Shown here: one piece after another, positions 59,484 to 64,000 of the stretch
Layout of the letters: every line of letters begins with the position of its first letter
How positions within the stretch are numbered: position 1 is the first letter of the stretch
Assembly (NCBI GenBank): GCA_963712425.1
Contig: CAVQHW010000005.1
Span: 968-64,967, forward strand
Source of the DNA: an uncultured Actinomycetota bacterium
GTDB taxonomy: Bacteria > Actinomycetota > Actinomycetes > JAHEKZ01
DNA: 64,000 nucleotides
Reading direction: 5' to 3'
Notes under the pieces: model-generated
The model's input: only the letters and a program-made list of their open reading frames with translations
Told to the model about the DNA's origin: nothing
Databases searched by the model: none
Program-made: the position numbers and the translations under genes

Positions 59484-60562
59484 CTGACGTGTTGACCCAA
59501 AGAACGCACCAATGGCGCGGCGTCATCGAGGAGTATCGCGAGCGACTCCCGGTATCGGACGCGACGCCGGTCATTTCGTTGCGCGAGGGCGGGACGCCGC
59601 TCGTGCGCGCCAATGTCGTGTCCCAGCGCACCGGCTGCGAGGTGTGGCTGAAAGTCGAGGGAGCCAACCCCACCGGTTCGTTCAAAGACCGCGGCATGAC
59701 CATGGCCATCTCAAAGGCTGCCGAAGACGGTGCCAAGGCGGTCATCTGTGCGTCGACAGGAAACACCAGCGCGAGCGCTGCCGCTTACGCGGTGCGCGCT
59801 GGCATGGTGTCAGCGGTGCTTGTGCCGCAAGGAAAAATTGCCCTCGGCAAGATGAGCCAGGCGCTCGCGCACGGGGCCAAGTTGCTCCAGGTGGACGGCA
59901 ACTTCGATGACTGTCTCAACCTGGCACGTGAGTTGTCCGAGCAGTACCCAGTCGCTCTGGTCAACAGCGTGAACCCGGTTCGCATTGAGGGCCAGAAGAC
60001 TGCCGCCTTCGAGATCGTCGACCAACTCGGCGACGCGCCCGACATCCACGCGCTCCCGGTCGGCAACGCAGGCAACATCACGGCCTACTGGAAGGGCTAC
60101 CGCGAGTACGCAGCTGACGCCATGGCCACCCGGCGTCCGCGCATGTGGGGTTTCCAAGCCGCCGGGGCAGCTCCGATCGTGCGAGGTGAAGTCGTGCCGA
60201 CGCCTTCCACCGTCGCGACGGCGATCCGAATCGGCAACCCTGCCTCATGGAAGCCCGCTCTCGAGGCGCGTGACGACTCTGGCGGTCTGATCGATGCCGT
60301 CACCGATCGCGAGATCCTCTCGACCTACCGACTGCTCTCGTCGCAAGAGGGCGTATTCGTCGAGCCCGCATCGGCCGCTGGTGTCGCTGGCTTGCTGAAG
60401 ATGGCGGACGCCGGAACGCTCGACCGCGGTCAGACGGTGGTCTGCACGGTGACCGGTCACGGTCTCAAAGATCCCGACTGGGCCATCTCCGGTGCACCCA
60501 AGCCGGTCACAGTGGCCGCCGACCCGCATGCGGCCGCGACCTTGCTGGGACTGACCCAGTAG
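59480..60562 (+). CDS. thrC: threonine synthase
   Basis: PLP-Lys motif [11 protein letters not shown]. 360 aa. Overlaps hom by 4 nt. Confidence 0.95.
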   Translation: MTDVLTQRTHQWRGVIEEYRERLPVSDATPVISLREGGTPLVRANVVSQRTGCEVWLKVEGANPTGSFKDRGMTMAISKAAEDGAKAVICASTGNTSASAAAYAVRAGMVSAVLVPQGKIALGKMSQALAHGAKLLQVDGNFDDCLNLARELSEQYPVALVNSVNPVRIEGQKTAAFEIVDQLGDAPDIHALPVGNAGNITAYWKGYREYAADAMATRRPRMWGFQAAGAAPIVRGEVVPTPSTVATAIRIGNPASWKPALEARDDSGGLIDAVTDREILSTYRLLSSQEGVFVEPASAAGVAGLLKMADAGTLDRGQTVVCTVTGHGLKDPDWAISGAPKPVTVAADPHAAATLLGLTQ

Positions 60563-61473
60563 TGGCAGCACCGATGTTTCGTGCGGCAACGCTGCGCATC
60601 CGGGTGCCAGCGACCAGCGCCAACCTTGGCCCTGGCTACGACTCGTTCGGCTTGGCACTCTCGCTCACCGACGAGATCGTCGTGCGCGTCGGCGAAGACG
60701 GACTCGACCTCGACGTGGCGGGTGAGGGCGCTGACAAGGTGCGCAAGGATGCTCGCAACCTCGTCATCAAGGCGATGAACACAGCGTTCGACCGCATGGG
60801 TGGCAGGCCCCGTGGTCTCGAAGTTCGGTGCCTCAATCGCATCCCGCACGGCAGGGGCCTTGGATCGTCGGCCGCTGCCATCGTCGGCGGGCTCGCCGCC
60901 GCTCGCGCGCTCACCGTCGGGGGTGACGAGCGATTCGATGATGAGCGCCTGCTTGCAGTTGCTACCGAGATGGAAGGTCACCCCGACAACGTGGCAGCCA
61001 CGGTGCACGGAGGGTTCACGATGGCGTGGACTGACGGTGGCGAGGTGGGCGTGTTGGGTGCTGGTCCCCACCCTGATGTTCTTCCAGTCGTGTTCATCCC
61101 AGGCACCGAGCTGCGCACAGCGAAGGCTCGTAAAGCTCTGCCCGACGTTGTCTCTCACGATGACGCGGCAGTGAACAGCGCAAGGGCAGCCCTGCTGGGG
61201 CGCGCCCTGGTCGAACGCCCTGACCTGTTGATGGTCGCGACAGAGGACTTCTTGCATCAGGAGTACCGCCGTTCGGTGATGCCACGTTCGTTGGACCTCG
61301 TTGACGAGCTTCGTGCTGACGGGGTACCGGCGGTGATCTCTGGGGCCGGGCCTTCGGTCATTGCGCTCACGACCCGGGCAACAGCTGAGGGGGTCGCAGC
61401 TCTTAAACGTCGCGGGTGGCGGGCCGAAGCGATCGAGGTTGATCGTCAAGGGCTCCAGGTCTTGCCGCTCTGA
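60562..61473 (+). CDS. thrB: homoserine kinase
   Basis: GHMP kinase motif PHGRGLGSSAAA. GTG start overlapping the thrC stop. Confidence 0.9.
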   Translation: MAAPMFRAATLRIRVPATSANLGPGYDSFGLALSLTDEIVVRVGEDGLDLDVAGEGADKVRKDARNLVIKAMNTAFDRMGGRPRGLEVRCLNRIPHGRGLGSSAAAIVGGLAAARALTVGGDERFDDERLLAVATEMEGHPDNVAATVHGGFTMAWTDGGEVGVLGAGPHPDVLPVVFIPGTELRTAKARKALPDVVSHDDAAVNSARAALLGRALVERPDLLMVATEDFLHQEYRRSVMPRSLDLVDELRADGVPAVISGAGPSVIALTTRATAEGVAALKRRGWRAEAIEVDRQGLQVLPL

Positions 61474-61831
61474 AAGGGCGCTCCGCCCGGCTACAGACTC
61501 ACTCTCAACACGCCGACACCTAGGGAAAGCACCCCCTTGGAACACCGGGGCGTCGTCAAGTGTTACGGTGGCAACACACCGGGTATCCCGAGTGTCTTCC
61601 TCATCTCAGGGCTCTTCACCTCGTTCACAGCCAGGTTCTCAGAGTTCTCAGAGTTCCTCAGAGTGTGATGTGAGCGCACTCAAGACCTCCTGAGATGCCT
61701 TCACTCCGGTCCCGGGCTCGTCGGATCGTTCTGATCCAACGACGCACCACCACCTGACGCTGAACGACGCGTTGGGATCCTCTCCGGCGCCCAGTAGTTG
61801 GGCGAACCGGAACATTCCGGAAGGACATCGC
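61474..61831 (+). promoter_or_regulatory. long rho 5' leader region (putative autoregulatory/attenuator leader)
   Basis: 358-bp non-coding gap before rho containing a ctcagagtt direct repeat (61624-61660). Long leaders regulating rho are known in several bacteria. Function here is inferred. Confidence 0.3.
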
Positions 61832-63574
61832 GTGAGCGACACCACCGAAACCCTGCCTGCTGGCACTTCAGACGCCAGTTCTGCATCAGCCAAGGGCCGC
61901 AAGGGCTCAGGGCTGTCAGGCATGGTCCTCGCCGAGCTTCAGACCGTGGCCTCAGGTCTGGGCATTACCGGCACGACTCGCATGCGTAAGGGCGAGTTGA
62001 TCGAGGCTATTCAAGCCAAGCAATCTGCAAAGTCAGCTCCGGCCAGCGCCAAGAACGGCGCCAAGACCACCAAGACAGCTAGCAAGAGTTCCCCCAAGCA
62101 GCAAGACTCCAGGGGCTCGTCGTCGGACGCCGATGGCGGCTCCTCGACAGACACCACTGAGGCACCTGACTCCAGGGGCAACCGCAGGTCAGCGCCCAAG
62201 AGTGAACCCAAGAACGACCGCAGCGAATCCAAGAACGATCGGGGCGACCGCAACGATCGCGGCGACCGGTCAGAGGGTCGTGACCGCCAAGAGGGTCGTG
62301 ACCGCGAAGGGTTCGAGGGCGGCAGCCGAAGCAGTCGACGTCGGCGTCGGGGCCGCGACCGCTACCGCGATCGCGGCGGGCGTGGCGACCGGTACTCAGA
62401 GGGCGAGCCGCAGGTTGGCCCAGACGATGTGCTGATCCCCGTTGCCGGCATCATCGACGTGCTCGACAACTACGCCTTCGTGCGCACCTCTGGCTACCTT
62501 CCTGGCCCGAACGACGTGTACGTCTCGTTGTCGCAGGTTCGTCGCTATGGATTGCGTCGCGGCGATGCCGTGACCGGTGCCGTGCGACAGCCCAAAGAAG
62601 GTGAGCGTCGCGAGAAGTTCAACGCGCTCGTGCGACTCGACACGGTCAATGGCACTGACGGCGACAAGGTCCAAGAGCGCCCAGACTTCTCCAAGCTGAC
62701 CCCGCTGTACCCGCAAGAGCGGCTGCGTCTCGAGACCGAGACCGGCTTGCTCACCACTCGGGTGATCGACCTCGTGGCCCCCATCGGCAAGGGCCAGCGC
62801 GGCCTCATCGTCTCCCCGCCCAAGGCGGGAAAGACGATGGTGCTTCAGGCCATTGCCAATGCGATCACGACGAACAACCCGGAAGTGCACCTCATGGTCG
62901 TGCTCGTCGACGAGCGCCCTGAAGAGGTCACCGATATGCAGCGCACGGTCAAGGGTGAGGTCATCGCCTCGACCTTCGACCGTCCGGCAGACGACCACAC
63001 CACGGTCGCCGAGCTCGCCATCGAGCGCGCGAAGCGACTCGTCGAGCTGGGTCACGACGTCGTCGTGCTGCTTGACTCGATGACGCGCTTGGGTCGCGCT
63101 TACAACCTGTCGGCGCCGGCGTCCGGACGCATCTTGTCCGGTGGTGTCGACTCTTCGGCTCTCTACCCGCCGAAGCGATTCTTCGGAGCCGCTCGCAACA
63201 TCGAGGACGGCGGATCGTTGACGATTCTGGCGACCGCGCTGGTCGAGACCGGTTCGAAGATGGACGAGGTGATCTTCGAAGAGTTCAAGGGCACCGGAAA
63301 CATGGAGCTCAAGCTCGACCGAAGGCTGGCAGACAAGCGAGTGTTCCCGGCCGTCGACGTCGACGCCTCAGGAACTCGTAAGGAAGAACTGCTGCTGGCA
63401 GCCGATGAGCTCAAGGTGGTGTGGAGCCTGCGTCGCGTGCTTCACGCCCTCGAGTCGCAGCAGGCTCTTGAGCTGCTGCTCTCCAAGCTCAAGGACACCA
63501 CGAGCAATACCGAGTTCTTGCTGCAGGTTCAGAAGACCACCCCAGGCGCCATGCTCAGTGAGGATGCCGACTAG
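61832..63574 (+). CDS. rho: transcription termination factor Rho (with Arg/Asp/Gly-rich N-terminal insertion)
   Basis: GTG start with aagga SD. N-terminal Rho_N, ~170-aa low-complexity RD/RG-rich insert, CSD-like RNA-binding domain. RecA-like ATPase with Walker [13 protein letters not shown]. Confidence 0.9.
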   Translation: MSDTTETLPAGTSDASSASAKGRKGSGLSGMVLAELQTVASGLGITGTTRMRKGELIEAIQAKQSAKSAPASAKNGAKTTKTASKSSPKQQDSRGSSSDADGGSSTDTTEAPDSRGNRRSAPKSEPKNDRSESKNDRGDRNDRGDRSEGRDRQEGRDREGFEGGSRSSRRRRRGRDRYRDRGGRGDRYSEGEPQVGPDDVLIPVAGIIDVLDNYAFVRTSGYLPGPNDVYVSLSQVRRYGLRRGDAVTGAVRQPKEGERREKFNALVRLDTVNGTDGDKVQERPDFSKLTPLYPQERLRLETETGLLTTRVIDLVAPIGKGQRGLIVSPPKAGKTMVLQAIANAITTNNPEVHLMVVLVDERPEEVTDMQRTVKGEVIASTFDRPADDHTTVAELAIERAKRLVELGHDVVVLLDSMTRLGRAYNLSAPASGRILSGGVDSSALYPPKRFFGAARNIEDGGSLTILATALVETGSKMDEVIFEEFKGTGNMELKLDRRLADKRVFPAVDVDASGTRKEELLLAADELKVVWSLRRVLHALESQQALELLLSKLKDTTSNTEFLLQVQKTTPGAMLSEDAD

Positions 63575-63728
63575 CACCTCGCCAGCGGGGCTGGAATGCC
63601 CGGCGCTGACGCTGGGTTTGGGGGAGTGCCACTGCCAGTGGCACAATCTCTAGCTGGCTCCGGTTCACGGCCCACCACCTCGGACAGACCGAGGGCAGCC
63701 GACCCGGTGCCTTGATGAGGAGATCACG

Positions 63729-63953
63729 ATGAAGCCCGACATTCACCCGACGTACCTGCCCACCGAGGTCACTTGTACCTGTGGCACCACGTTCGTCACC
63801 CGCAGTACAGCCGAGAACGGCATCATCCACGCCGAGACCTGCTCGAACTGCCACCCCTTCTACACCGGCAAGCAGCGCATCCTCGACACCGGCGGTCGCG
63901 TAGCCCGCTTCGAGAAGCGCTACGGCAAGAAGAGCGCAGACCAAGACAGCTAG
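63729..63953 (+). CDS. rpmE: 50S ribosomal protein L31
   Basis: [27 protein letters not shown]...[12 protein letters not shown]. This is the zinc-ribbon form (CxC...CxxC). Confidence 0.9.
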   Translation: MKPDIHPTYLPTEVTCTCGTTFVTRSTAENGIIHAETCSNCHPFYTGKQRILDTGGRVARFEKRYGKKSADQDS

Positions 63954-64000
63954 CAACGCTGCGGCGCCGCGGGCCCTGAGATCAGGTGTCTGCGGCGCCG

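Noticed and set aside
61772-61831. ATG-initiated 20-codon N-terminal extension of rho
   Set aside because: The GTG at 61832 is preceded by an aagga Shine-Dalgarno and yields the conserved Rho N-terminus. The upstream ATG lacks an RBS.

Overview
This is a high-GC (about 70%) chromosomal window from an actinobacterium. It is gene-dense on both strands and has no rRNA, CRISPR, transposase or integrase. The last ~10 kb is the conserved housekeeping block argS, (small LapA-like gene), lysA, (VOC gene), hom, thrC, thrB, rho, rpmE. Upstream of that is a mix of metabolic and accessory genes. These include the inositol monophosphatase family, an acetoacetyl-CoA synthetase, and the sbcD-sbcC operon followed by an RNase III-domain gene. 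They also include plsC, a divergent TetR/MFS pair, an amidohydrolase, a NUDIX-NYN fusion, and bfd-bfr preceded by a near-consensus IdeR iron box. A tightly coupled seven-gene acyl-CoA catabolic cluster follows, then mmuM, a PIG-L deacetylase, a dimethylglycine-oxidase-like gene flanked by DUF3105 paralogs plus a Met-rich DUF305 protein, a DUF559/AbiEi-like gene bracketed by 32-bp inverted tandem repeats, two tRNAs (Lys-CTT, Arg-CCG) and an ECF sigma factor with a PD40 beta-propeller partner. Seven single-base frameshifts, all at short homopolymers, interrupt six otherwise recognisable non-essential genes: a methyltransferase, DUF2975, a BKACE/kce gene, sbcC, the MFS transporter (twice) and its TetR. 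They are reported as pseudogenes, but indel sequencing errors cannot be excluded without reads. The best candidates for something undescribed are the sbcDC-RNase III operon, the translationally coupled TPP-enzyme/amino-acid dehydrogenase/ADP-forming CoA ligase catabolic operon, the repeat-bracketed DUF559 locus and the NUDIX-NYN fusion.
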